Shown piece by piece: positions 51,764 to 63,208 of a stretch of DNA of 64,000 bases. The stretch covers positions 2,365,060 to 2,429,059 of the forward strand of contig CM082583.2 of NCBI GenBank assembly GCA_040954595.2, read 5' to 3'. The DNA comes from Balanoglossus misakiensis (lineage: Eukaryota > Animalia > Hemichordata). The position numbers and the translations under genes are program-made. How positions within the stretch are numbered: the first letter of the stretch is position 1; each line of letters starts with the position of its first letter. The notes under the pieces are model-generated. The model was not told where the DNA came from, searched no databases, and worked only from the letters and a program-made list of their open reading frames with translations.

Positions 51764-53282
51764 TGTTGTAAACCACAGTGACCCGGTAACTAAACATGGC
51801 GTCGCCAGACCGGAACCAATCACTAGCGCAAAGTATTATGGGAATTGTCGAAATGAAGCATAAAGCATTTAAAAAAACAGAAGTCGTATCCGTATTTGTA
51901 TTTATCCAAGTCAATGAAATAAATGATATTATTTAAACACTATCTCAAAGTTAAACAAATCGCTGATGACGGATTGTTTATTTTCCTGGGGTCACGAAGC
52001 TGAGGCTGGGGTCACGAAAGGTCACGAAGCTGAGGCTGGGTCACGAAGCTGAGGATGAGGATGAGGCTGAGGATGAGGCCGAGGATGAGGATGAGGCCAA
52101 CTTCACGCTCGTGACAAGGTGTGTGTACATATGTCATTGTATTTGTGGACGTACCTAAACACTGAAACAGAAACAGTGCTGTCTCTATTTCACTGTCTCT
52201 TTGTACAATCATGGAGGTACTAGGTACACTCCTGTATTTAATCCTTAATCATGTGGGGTTGTCACAGAGTTCATTGCTTTTAATATGCTTTTTTGCCAAG
52301 ATCTCACGACTTTTTTACCGTCACAATCACGAACATGTGACTGGTGAATGACCTCTGTATAAGGTCATGCAGGGGTGACCGACGGTCAAAGAAGGCTTAG
52401 TGCCGAAGTGTCAGTCAAGTTGACATTTGCTAGAATATTGAATTAGAAATGATAGGTTTTCATACCTTTCCACTTCCATGTTATCGTGCAAAGCAACCGA
52501 GGCTTGGGGTTCAGGTGTAAATTATAACATGGAAGCTGGCGAAAAATAAATCAAATATTCTACTCACCCTATTATGTAACTGTAAGTAAGGATACACAGC
52601 TGAAACAGTCTGTTGATGAGACCAACTTTCTTGCTTTTGATATGAACATATTTCGGCGTGTCGTACTCCAAAGTAGCGTCCAATATCATATGATACCACC
52701 GTGCCATTACAATTGAGTTTCCTGACCTGAGCTCAGCTGAGAGCATGCACCAAGGCACCGTTCGTCTGATTCTCGTGACCCCGCGTCGCTTGTCAGCGAG
52801 ATATGACGTGATCTGAGATGAGTGTGATAGTTTGCCGCGGTTGTGATGGCTCTTTGGTCGGTAAAGTTGAAAGTTTTGTTAAATTGCAGATTTTAAAAGT
52901 AAAATGACGATGAAATAAAATAAAACTAACAGAAAGTGAGAAGGTGGGCTCGTCGTTTTCGTGCGAAAGTCTGCACCGTCCCTTGCCTCAGCACAGCCAG
53001 CGGCCGGTGGGTTGGGTCAGGGCCAGACTCCCATGTGGATGGGTACTCAAAATTTCGGAGTTTCCAGTAATTTTCCTCCGGCCCCGCTCAAGGGCGTAAA
53101 TAATGACGTTCCCATAAGACTGTTATTGGTCAAAAGCAATACATTTTGTGGAGGGCAGAGAATTGTACGGCTCCAGTATCGTTATTTTGCGGGTCAGCGG
53201 GTCGCCCCAAAAACGAATGAGACTTCTGTGCAATTGTTTCTTGGAACAAAATGAACCCAAAATATAATCCCAGTTCCTCTTA

Positions 53283-54086
53283 GGCTGCATTCACAAACAC
53301 CTCTGGAGGGGGGGGCGGGAGAATTCAATTTTTTTTACCGCTAATTTTCACACGCCCCCCTTCCGAACTGCCAATATTTTCAAATCCCCCCCTTCCGAAC
53401 TGCCAAAATTTTGAAATCCCCCCCCCCCCATTTTCTTTCACAGAGCAAAACACATCACCTATCTATCTTGTAAAAAGAAAAACAGCGCTCCCATGAAAAG
53501 AATTTGAAGCTGATGTTTCCCCTCATCAATGGGTATTAAAACTGAACATTGTTTTTATTTTTTTAGTACATATATTTGTATTCTGTGTTGGGAGACATTG
53601 TAAACCGAGAATTGAAGGGGGTGGGTTTGGGAGGGGGTGTCCCCCTCCCACGTAAGAAAATTTTCTAAAATACATAGCTCAAAGTTGCATTTTAATGAAC
53701 CCGGCAAAAGCAAATTAACTCAACTACCGGTATGTTGGGAAGGACAAATTTAACCGTCGCCGCTCAAAGTTATCATGGGGTGGGGCAAGTCCCCTGATCT
53801 GGGACGCTAGATAAACCAGTCAATGATTGAAAGGTGTTGATGAATGGAGGGGGTGGGTGTGGGAGGGGGTGTCCCCCTCCCACATTAGAATATTTTGTAA
53901 AATAAAGGGCGCGAAACTGCATTTTTGTGGACTCAAAATAAATATTTAGTTGTTAAAGTTTTCAAGTCCCCCCTTTCAGTCCCTAAATTATTTCAAATCC
54001 CCCCCCCTTACATACCCTCAATTTTTTCAAATCCCCCCCCTCAATTCTCCCGCCCCCCCCCTCCAGAGGTGTTTGTGAATGCAGCC
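53283..54086. mobile_element. Family-A MITE, full length, inverted relative to the 23773 copy
   Basis: TTA TSD on both sides; appears essentially identical to the reverse complement of 23773-24574. Confidence 0.93.
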
Positions 54087-54242
54087 TTATACCATAATAA
54101 CTTTCGTGACATCTTTCAATATTACAATGGAATCGACCAAGGATGCTGGCTGCAGTGCGGGCACAGGGAACTCAGGCTCATAGTTGTGGTAAAATGAATA
54201 ATATTATTATTATGAATAAAAAATGTAAAAAAATATTAAAAA

Positions 54243-54267
54243 TTATTATTATTATTAATTATTATTA

Positions 54268-54330
<63 letters not shown>
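54243..54330 (+). repeat. (TTA)n microsatellite
   Basis: About 25 TTA/ATT units. Confidence 0.95.
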
Positions 54331-54333
<3 letters not shown>

Positions 54334-56287
54334 GTTAAGGGGTTTAAAGAATTATATAAACAATTTATCAATTTCATGTACAATCATTCCTGATTCTTCA
54401 GATTCATAATTTAGCGCTAAAGACATAATTTTTCAAAGTGGCCTATATCTAAAATTGCCGACGTTTCAACGCTTTCGCTAGAGATTTTCTACATATTCAC
54501 AAAAAGACCACGGGTATTGTTAACACTATTTAAAACCTTGTTACCCGGTGAGTCAGCTGGTGAGGTAAAAAACTTCACTCGAAACCCAACGCAAGTTTAT
54601 TTACGTACAACATTGTAGCAATTTTTCGTATGTTTGCGCGCGCTCTGAAATCACGCGATGTCAACTGAGTGTGAACGAGCTGTTTCGCGTCGTGTTGTCT
54701 GCCCAGTTTTCGTGGCTAAAACGACAGGAATAATACCCCAGTTGGCTTTAGAATTGCACATATCGTGAGATTTGAGCGCCATAGTAACCGCAGATATCCT
54801 GGAACAGGAAGGTTAGTGTTAAAATCATTGTTTTTAATCGAAGTATTGACCTCTGAGTTAATGCTACGTTTTTGTCGGTGTCAAACGGACGCAATGTTTA
54901 CACGGCAGCCAAATAGAATCGGAGAAATGTTATCACGATACTTTGGATTTCGTGTTATTATTTCTCGGGAATTTTATTGTTTTCTCAGACGAGGTGACAG
55001 GATAGACACACGAGGCATCTCGCGGTTCCGTTTTCAATGTTGAATTTTATGTTTTGACTGTAATTTGCGTGTCAGCTGACGGGTCTTCGCATTCATCAGA
55101 AGCTATCATGCGTCGCTGAGATTTGATTCTTCATAAACGAAAATTGTTTCATAACCATACCAAATAAAACATTTCCAGAAATTTAGAAGTTTGAAGACTT
55201 TTCTGCTAGTTGTTTATTAAGTGTTAAAGTCACGCTGAACTGCCAAATTTAACAGACTCGCCGTCAACACTCAAAGAGTGTGTACTTCTACGAGTGTGTC
55301 CTGTAACTGCCTTCCTTCGCTAACCATACAACAACAAATAGACGGTAAACGATTATGCAATACCAATGGATTTATGTTTTAAAACTGGTCGACAGTCAGG
55401 AAATATGCATGAACAATCGATTGATTGGATTCCCCAGCGATACTACTATATTGTATCTTGTGATTTTTTGTAGTTAAATTGTGGAAATCAGCAGGCTGCA
55501 TTGCCAGTTGTTCTGCACATGCGCAGTTCCTCTGTCTTGAAAGAAAAGTCAAATTTCACCAACTTATAAATGTGCATTCGGAAAATAAACCCCAAATGTT
55601 TTCTTTGTGACCAAAAATACTGCCAGTGTGATTTTGTGTTCAAATCCAAGCTATTATTATTTAAATTGACTTGTGATACCCTCTCTTAGCACAAAAAGCA
55701 TAATTTCAGCCCCAAAATGGTTGCCATAGAAACATGCGATCACTAAATGGATATCATTTTTGTTCTTTTTGAGCCAAAATACCCCTGTGGTGAATTTTTT
55801 GTGGAAATCGGACCTATTATTATTAAAATTATTATTTTTATATAATTCTTTATTTAATTATTATTATATTTGTAGTAGTTCTTGTTATCTATCATGTGTT
55901 AAAATCCAACATACCTATGCATTCTGTCTTCTCCCGGCCCCTAACACGTACTGTACTGGCCGACCTATATACTAGGGTATAATAATACATGTATTATTCA
56001 TTTTTATACCACAACTATGAGCCTGAGTTCCCTGTGGTGCGGGTCGTGTATTGCGCAACCAGTGACGTCATGCTTTCCCGCCATCCGGTCAAGATGTCCG
56101 CCGACATTAGGTACGTACCGAGCGATCTTATTCTTTATTCATATGCAAAGTATAATGATTTGTATTGTAAAAGATTGTCGTGATTACATCTATGACTCGA
56201 GCTGCGTGTCACGCACTCAACCTAACCCCATGTAATATGTTTTACGCTAGACTTGCTCCAAGTCTATGGGCTTCATTATGCATGTTA

Positions 56288-56308
56288 GGGACCGTTCAGT
56301 TTTTACGG

Positions 56309-56342
<34 letters not shown>

Positions 56343-57474
56343 CGGCAAAATCCAGGGGGGGTCACTCAAATTTTGAAGTCCACAGGGGGGGGGGGGGGGG
56401 TCATCTGTTTTTTTTAAACGTTTAGGGGGGGGGGTCACATACTTTTGCCACCGAACTTTTGCTTTTGAGTCCACAAAATTGCAGTTTCGCACCCTTTATT
56501 TTACACCCCCTCCCACACCCACCCCCTATATTCTCCGCCACATTTCATTTTGGGCTGGTTTGTCTAGTGTACCAGGGCAGAGTGCTTGCCACCCCAACCC
56601 CACCGATAGTAATATTTAACAAAGTGAATACATAAAGGAGAATAATTGTTTAAACCATTTCGCATAACTGATAGTTCGTGCTCCACCTTCTATATACTAG
56701 AAGTTTTAAAATGATGTCATGACGAAGATGACGCCAAATCTTCTAATTTGAGTGGAGTGGCAAAAAAGTAACTTGGTCCTCCCAAACATTGAGATAATTT
56801 GCTTTTGAGTTCATTTAAAATGCAACTTTGTGCTACATATTTTACAAAATTTTCTTATGTGGGAAGGGGGACACCCCCTCCCACACCCACCCCCTCCATT
56901 CTTCGCCACATTGCATTTATTCACTGTTTGTCTAGTGTACCAGGGAAGACTTCTTGCCACCCCACCCTGATGCTTACTTTGACTAGAGTGGCAAAATTAA
57001 AATTTGTCCTCCCTAACATTGAGTTAATTTGCTTTTGAGTTCATTAAATTGCAACTTTGAGCACCGTATTTTACAAAATTTTCTTACGTGGGAGGCGCAC
57101 CCCCGCCCACACCCACCCCCGCCACTTTTCTTGTTTTACCGATTCTCGCAACTATTGTATTGACTTGTCATTTTAATTTGTTCATAGATTTCTTTATTGC
57201 AACGATATACTATTATATACTTCAATAATACTTTAAGAAATATATAATTGAGGTGTGAGAGCCTCATTCCCTTTATTGCATACAGTGTACATAGGATCAG
57301 GACGGCAAATGTTTTGGGCGTGGGGGGGGGGGGGGTCATCATATTTTTGGGTCTGTCAAAGGGGGGGTCATTATTTTTTGGTCCTGGCTGAAGGGGGGGT
57401 CGGCCTGATTTTGAGAACCGATGACACAAACTTGCCGCCCCCCCCCCCCCTTGCCGTAAAAACTGAACGGTCCC
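56288..57474. mobile_element. Family-B MITE, longer copy
   Basis: TTA|GGGACCGTTCAGTTTTTACGGC...GCCGTAAAAACTGAACGGTCCC|TTA; has one more internal repeat unit than 5112-6063. Confidence 0.92.
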
Positions 57475-58622
57475 TTATGTGTAGGGAACGCGACGCTACC
57501 CGAAATCACAAGCTCAGTCCCAAATTCGAAACTTGCCTCACTACCAAAAACACGCTCAACGCAGACATGAAAACACCGAAAACACAAAAAGTATTGAGAT
57601 TTAAAAATCACCAAGCGACTAGTGGGCTAGTCTAGTTTTACGCGTACAAAGCCTAGTTGATTTTTTCACATTTTGATGACATATGAAGAGGATTTGATTT
57701 TCATAATGTGTTATCCCTCGAGGTCTTAAAAGCAGTCTGATATCATTTGTGGGACCATAGTGGAAATAAGTTCTTAACCTTTCTGTGTTATCCCTGCACT
57801 TTGGACATTTTTATTTTTGTGTAGTGTACATTTTAAAGTGAAAAAATACATAAAATCAAATTAACTTGTCAAGCAAGTACATGCAAAACTTGAATTGAAC
57901 AATCAGCAGATTGTGAAAATTGACAATCTTTGCTTGTTTAGAAAATTTTGGTACTAATAGTGATGTTCTTACCACTTTATTTCAGTGATGTCATACTGAT
58001 CTAGCTTTATGCGACATAATAAACCATGGAAGACATCATATTTTCAAAGAAGATCTCGTGTTAAGGTGGCATTGCATGAAACCGTCGAGACTTTTTCATA
58101 GGCCTATTTCTCATCAAAGACAAAGTAAAACCCCCATAAACCATATATATTCTGGAAGCTGAGATTTTGAACTTTGAGTTGCAAATATTATTGATCCCCG
58201 GAAATGGTGGCGATTTTGGGTGAAAAAAAACATTTTTTGATATTATGTCATGGAATTTAAAATCGGTAAAAAAGTTGACCATACATCATGCATCTTAATA
58301 TGTCATTCGAAACTAGAGTACACGTGCAAAAATTTTGTTTTGCGTTATCTGCTTCCATTGAGGAGTAACAGAGTTTGAAAGTTAGATTTTTAGTAAAATT
58401 TGATCAAATTCACGGTGAGTTGTATTGAATCAGAGTTTATTCCCGCCAGGGACACTTTATCGACTAACAAAAATACCGTTTTGTTGGATGGGTCATACAC
58501 AATCCCCAGTTAAAATTTGAGCAAATTTGGCCAACGCAGAGCGAAGCTATTTTCGTCTGAAGTTGTCAAGAGCAGCGAAAATGCAAACTGAGAAAAACGG
58601 CCATTTGCATTGTTGACACCTA

Positions 58623-58661
58623 CCGTAGTTGCCCGGGTAAGAACCCCTGCTCAGACAAACG

Positions 58662-58700
<39 letters not shown>

Positions 58701-59220
58701 CCGAATATCCATTAAATTCTTGGAAATTTAATAAAGTGCAATGCAAAAAAGGCGGATTTTCATCCCCAAAGTCACTAAAAGTGAAAAAAAAAATGTATGA
58801 TGATTTACTTTCGCGCTGATTATCGTACCCACCGCGGCCGACTGGCCACGCTGAGTTATATACATGTATAGCCGCTCTAGAAAACATGACCTCAGACAGG
58901 TCCCTCGGGACCGTGCCTGGAATTCAACGATCACGTAGATGGACGCGCTGCCGCGCGTGAGGTCACCGGGGAGCTTTCCAAAGCGGCCGCGTGGAGCTGC
59001 TTCAGTCCGTCCTCGACGCGAAACACCCAACATTGGAAGATCCCGACTTGGACTCGGAGAATGAACCACTCAAAAATTTGCATAAAAGTCGAGGTGGCCA
59101 TCCCTCATTTGCATAAATCTCGAGGCCATATCCGGGCTAAAGCCCCCCCCCCCCCCCCCCCCCTGTTTTTTCGCTAATCTGTTGGCCCAGCACCCGGGGC
59201 TCTTACCCGGGCAACTACGG
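58623..59220. mobile_element. Tc1/mariner (pogo-like) MITE
   Basis: TA|CCGTAGTTGCCCGGGTAAGA...TCTTACCCGGGCAACTACGG|TA. Confidence 0.88.
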
Positions 59221-59608
59221 TATTTGTTAAGCTGTGAACTCATTCAGAAAAGTGCTGTTTTGGGGTGATTATGCACCATTTCCGCCAAGACGTATTAGTC
59301 AAGGTGTGGGTCAGTATAAGGCCTACCGATTTATGTAAAAAAGTAAAATTTGGCAAAAATCACAACTCTTCATGCAATGCCTATTTGACTTCCTGGCCAG
59401 AGCTGGCAGGATTGTTTCTTAGAAACAAAAACTTTATCCCTTGCAAGTGGACAAGCAGAAAAATGGAAATATAAGACACAAAGAGTTATTGAATGAAAAT
59501 TTACATACATATTTATAAAAAACTTTATTTGTGTATGATATGGTGTGTGCTGGTTACAGGATATATTTTTCAACAATCTTAGGACATGATTGTCATATTG
59601 AAAGTGTT

Positions 59609-59725
59609 GACCCGCACTGGCCCGCAACCCGCATGACCCGCAACCCGCACCGGCCCGCAACCCGCATGACCCGCAACCCGCACCGGCCCGCAACCCGCAT
59701 GACCCGCAGCCTGCATGACCCGCAC
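59609..59725 (+). repeat. GC-rich minisatellite (~33-bp unit built of ACCCGCA)
   Basis: CCCGCAC(T/C)GGCCCGCAACCCGCATGACCCGCAA repeated about 3 times. Confidence 0.85.
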
Positions 59726-60034
59726 AATAGTTACACTCATTACTTCCAGAGCAGGTCATCTAATCGAATTCAACTTGCACGTCATTTTCTTGCAAATTGT
59801 TCACGGTTCACATTTGTTGCCATGCAGTGTTTTATAAAAAGTGACATGAAAAGGTAAAAAAAATAATACATGTAATCTGTCAGTGTTAGTAGTCTCTCTG
59901 TCGCTCTTTCATTGTGTCACTACATGTACAAAAATCAAGTTAAGACAAAATGCACATTTATTGTAGTATGTCTTGCCACCCACAGTCAGATTTCATGATA
60001 AAACAGAAAAAAATCGCATTCGATAAGAGTTAAT

Positions 60035-60892
60035 CACAGGGGCCTCTGCCTCCGCGAGTTTGTTTGTTTGTTTGTTGTTGTTGTTGTTGATGATTTTTGG
60101 CATAATAAACAAATACACATTTCTTTTCTAATAAATATGGTTTGTTGACTGATGTAAGGGTTAGGGTATATTCGACAGGTTAGGGTTAGTGTTGGGATTT
60201 TTTCAATCCACGGCCCCGGGCATCACTAAGCCATAAAGAGAGACAAGGGTGGAGACTAGCCCAGTACGGCCAAACATGAATGTCTCGTTTCGGAAGGTTA
60301 AAAACGTTAGTGAGATTCAAATTGGACCAATCAAATAGCTTGTTAGTCCTGCAAGGATTCAAATTGGACCAATCAAATAGCTTGTTAGTCCTGCAAGGGG
60401 ACGTTAATCGATTTCAGCCTGGTCTTTCAGCCTTCCGAAACGAGACATTTAAGTTTGGCCGTAACAACTGTACGGATGTCAACGGAGAACGATGTGAAAT
60501 ATCGCCGATTTATACCTTTTTATTGAATTACAGGATAGATATAGTAAGTATAGAGTATGTTGTCACTGCAAATGTAATACTTCAATTGTCAGACATTTAT
60601 TTGTTGTGTTATTCTGGACTTAAAAAATACGTTGCTGGGACCCGGAAATGGGCTAGTCTCCACCCTTGTCTCTCTTTGTGGCTTAGTGATATGTCCGGGG
60701 CCGTGGATCGAAAAAAATGCCAACACAAATCCTAACCGTTGATAATACCCTAACCTGTCGAATATACGCTAACCCTTACATGTCAACACACCATATTAAT
60801 TAATAAAGAAATATGTATTTGTTTATTATGCCAAAAATCATCATCAACAACAACAACAAACAAACAAAATCGCGGAGGAAGAGGCCCCTGTG
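60035..60892. mobile_element. Largely palindromic 858-bp MITE with 7-bp TSD (P-element-like)
   Basis: TSD AGTTAAT at 60028-60034 and 60893-60899; termini CACAGGGGCCTCT..CTCCGCGA / TCGCGGAG..AGAGGCCCCTGTG. Inverted arms exceed 200 bp and there is a central 42-bp tandem duplication. Confidence 0.9.
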
Positions 60893-61271
60893 AGTTAATA
60901 ACTACTGTAACACCGTAACAGTAATAAGTTTTTAGTGTCTGACACTATGCTTGACATAAAGCAGCAAGAAGATGATCAAGCTTTGCATGGATTTCTCAGA
61001 ATGGCAGAAAAGTCGATTTTTGTAGCCAATTGAATTTCCAATTTATTCTGCCCCATCTTTCAGCTTACATGTAGGTAATCATAATTGATCTTTATATGGC
61101 TTCAATACTACTTTTCACAAATACTTCAGTGTTAACATCCCAATTCACTGTGTTTGGACCCAACCACACTATTAAAAATATTGGGACTGGACCAAAATAT
61201 GAGGGTGAAAAGTTCAATATTTGTTGTATTTTTGGTGTGACTGATATTGAAATGGCCATTTTCTCCCACAG

Positions 61272-63208
61272 TCTGACACTCAAGACCAAGTTTTCATCCA
61301 ATGGCAAAGTGGTGAAGTGGCCACCATGCATATCTTAGTGATACATGCCATGGTCATTCTGCTAACCTTGTGGAAAACCTCCATGTATGTATGCAAATGA
61401 TTTTTTAAGCTGTCAAATAAATTCTTCAGATTATAACTGATACTTACATCGGCTGTAATTTTTCGCTGTTTTCAGTACTTTTGTTTTGTGTATGTACTGC
61501 AGTTTCATGTTCAAATGCCCAAAGCACGATGAAATGCTCAGCATTTAGATTATCAACACAACCTACATGTGTACAGTCAGCATTATTATTGTGCAAAATT
61601 TGAATTCATGTCCGGACCAGAACTCATTTGTCAACGATAACAATGGCTGTTACACACATAAAGGCTATGTTTTGAGTTGAACAAGAAATTGGATTTGGTA
61701 AACAGAACAAATATACTGAAATTAAAGCCAAAGTTACAGCTAATGCCCCTTTAATTTGATTTTCTCATCATTTTGCAGGAGATAGTTCCTTTGATTGTTT
61801 GCTGAGTGCCTGGTTTCAAGACAACTCACCGTGTCCGTCAGCATTTCTGGTGGACACCTCAGAAGAAGCTCTCCTTCTGCCGGATTGGTTGAAGCTGAGA
61901 ATGATCCGCTCCAATGTTCCCAGACTTGTGGATGCTGGTAGGTTGCCATAGCAATAATGTGTCAATTTCTGTACGATTTTAGATTTACAGTTTTGTAAAT
62001 CGTCAAAAGACACTTGATTCTGTGTTGAAGCCAACAAAAAACACATCTAGTGCACGCTAACAATAATGTTGCTGAAACAGACCCAGCTGCTAATGGGCCT
62101 ACTCTAGACGTATGTTCGGTCACTGATACCAGACTTTGTGTATTACATGTAGTGGGACGTTCTGTTTTAGTTGGTCTCCATACGCAACATTTTAGTTTGT
62201 ACGCAATTTTCCACAGCTTATTTGTACAGTGTATGCAACTAGAAAAAAACCTAACGGAAACATTGCCCTCTCAAATATAACACACCACTGACGCAGTGCA
62301 ACTGTAAAGTACATGTACCGGTAGTTTTATGCATGGAATTAACTTGGTTAGACTAGAAGACATCACCACGTTCTCATAATGACTCCAGCAACCCAGAAGT
62401 TTTTTGTGAAGAGGTGCAGTGTTTGTCATGGCCTGATCGGTTGCTCTGCAGTTGCACCATTTACATTTGATTTTTCATGGAAATATCTGCCAATCTGTGT
62501 TTCAACTCAACTTGGAACCTTTTTCTCACCAAACTTTCTTTTCATCCTAAATCCGTCTGACTTTTAGCCCTGGAAGACTTGGAACCAGCTCAGTTGGTCT
62601 TGTTTGTGCAGTCCTTTGGTATACCAGTTAACAGCATGAGGTATGTTGTTACTCTAGAATTAGTCTTCATCAAAGCTACCGTACATCCCAATTTCCATAC
62701 TTGGTTTAAATTACAACTTTAGAAATTTACTCTTTGGTGTTGTGGGTTTCATCTCTCTTGGTTGCGCTTTTCACCAGCCCCAAAAGAAGCTCCATGATGG
62801 CAAGACTATCAAAGATATATAGTAAACACAAATTGCCTGGAAGTGTATGGTATAATTAAATCATACCACAAACCTCGTACTGAAGTCATTTGGCCCACAA
62901 GCAGACATACTGCCCAATATGTCCCAATGTGTCACATTGGCTCTCTATCATGATGCTACATAAATGCCATATTTTCAAAATCATTTTTCAAAATCTTTAA
63001 TACACATGTAACACTACTGTTTCTTTTCACAGCAAACTATTGCAGCATCTCGACATGGCCTGCAGACAAGATCTGTACAGTATGGAACAGGCTGTAGTTG
63101 ACAAGGGATACATGGCTCAGTTAGTGGAAGTTCAACAGATGAGAGGAGCGGAAGGTGGAAATAAATTCCACGCTATGCTGCAGTCATTCCTGGAGAAAGA
63201 CAACAAAG
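61272..63208 (+). CDS. INTS1: Integrator complex subunit 1, internal exons only; +1 frameshift in the first visible exon (possible pseudogene fragment)
   Basis: Exons 61272..61384 (SDTQDQVFIQWQSGEVATMHILVIHAMVILLTL[+t]GKPP), 61779..61937 (AFLVDTSEEALLLPDWLKLRMIRS..RLVDA), 62568..62640 (LEDLEPAQLVLFVQSFGIPVNSM), 63033..63208 (KLLQHLD..DKGYMAQLVEVQ..RGAEGG). These match the mid-protein region of INTS1 as I recall it. Confidence 0.9.

Larger units (their letters stand above)
46100..52112. mobile_element. Apparently intact autonomous two-gene DNA transposon (ISL2EU/PHIS-type proteins) with ~115-140 bp TIRs and 9-bp TSD
   Basis: TSD GACAAGGTG at 46091-46099 and 52113-52121. TIR ACGAGCGTGAAGTTGGCCTCATC...CCCAGGAARATAAACA at 46100-46214 and 51975-52112. 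Encodes a transposase (+) and a YqaJ exonuclease (-). Confidence 0.93.
30469..52707 (-). pseudogene. P2X purinoceptor (P2RX4-like ATP-gated channel) with a premature stop and two missing exons; terminal exon not identified
   Basis: Minus-strand exons: 52707..52568 (YDTPKYVHIKSKKVGLINRLFQL), 40162..39979 (KGYQEFDSVISTVTTKVKG..WDVADYVIPPQ), 39463..39392 (FFVMTNMIIT..QTQGTCAE), 39076..39001, 37597..37495 (TGKC..KTCEILAWCPVE), 34015..33929 (NFTVLIKNSISFPKF), 32746..32599 (CPIFRLGDIV; GC donor), 31894..31764 (GGVMGIFIEWQCNLD..C*PRYGFRRLD..GFNFR; TAA at 31831-31829), 30582..30469 (ATIMCDIVVLYVLKKREYYREHKY). The exons for RTLxKAYGIRF and AGKFxIIPT..GSG were not found between 30583 and 31763. Confidence 0.9.

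Noticed and set aside
23773-54086. One 30-kb composite transposon bounded by family-A MITEs
   Set aside because: Each MITE has its own matched TSD, and the outer flanks (TAA vs TTA) do not form a direct repeat.
59370-59857. Cys/Gly-rich metallothionein-like ORF (CGSCGLRAGAG repeats)
   Set aside because: Translation of a GC-rich minisatellite; no exon structure.
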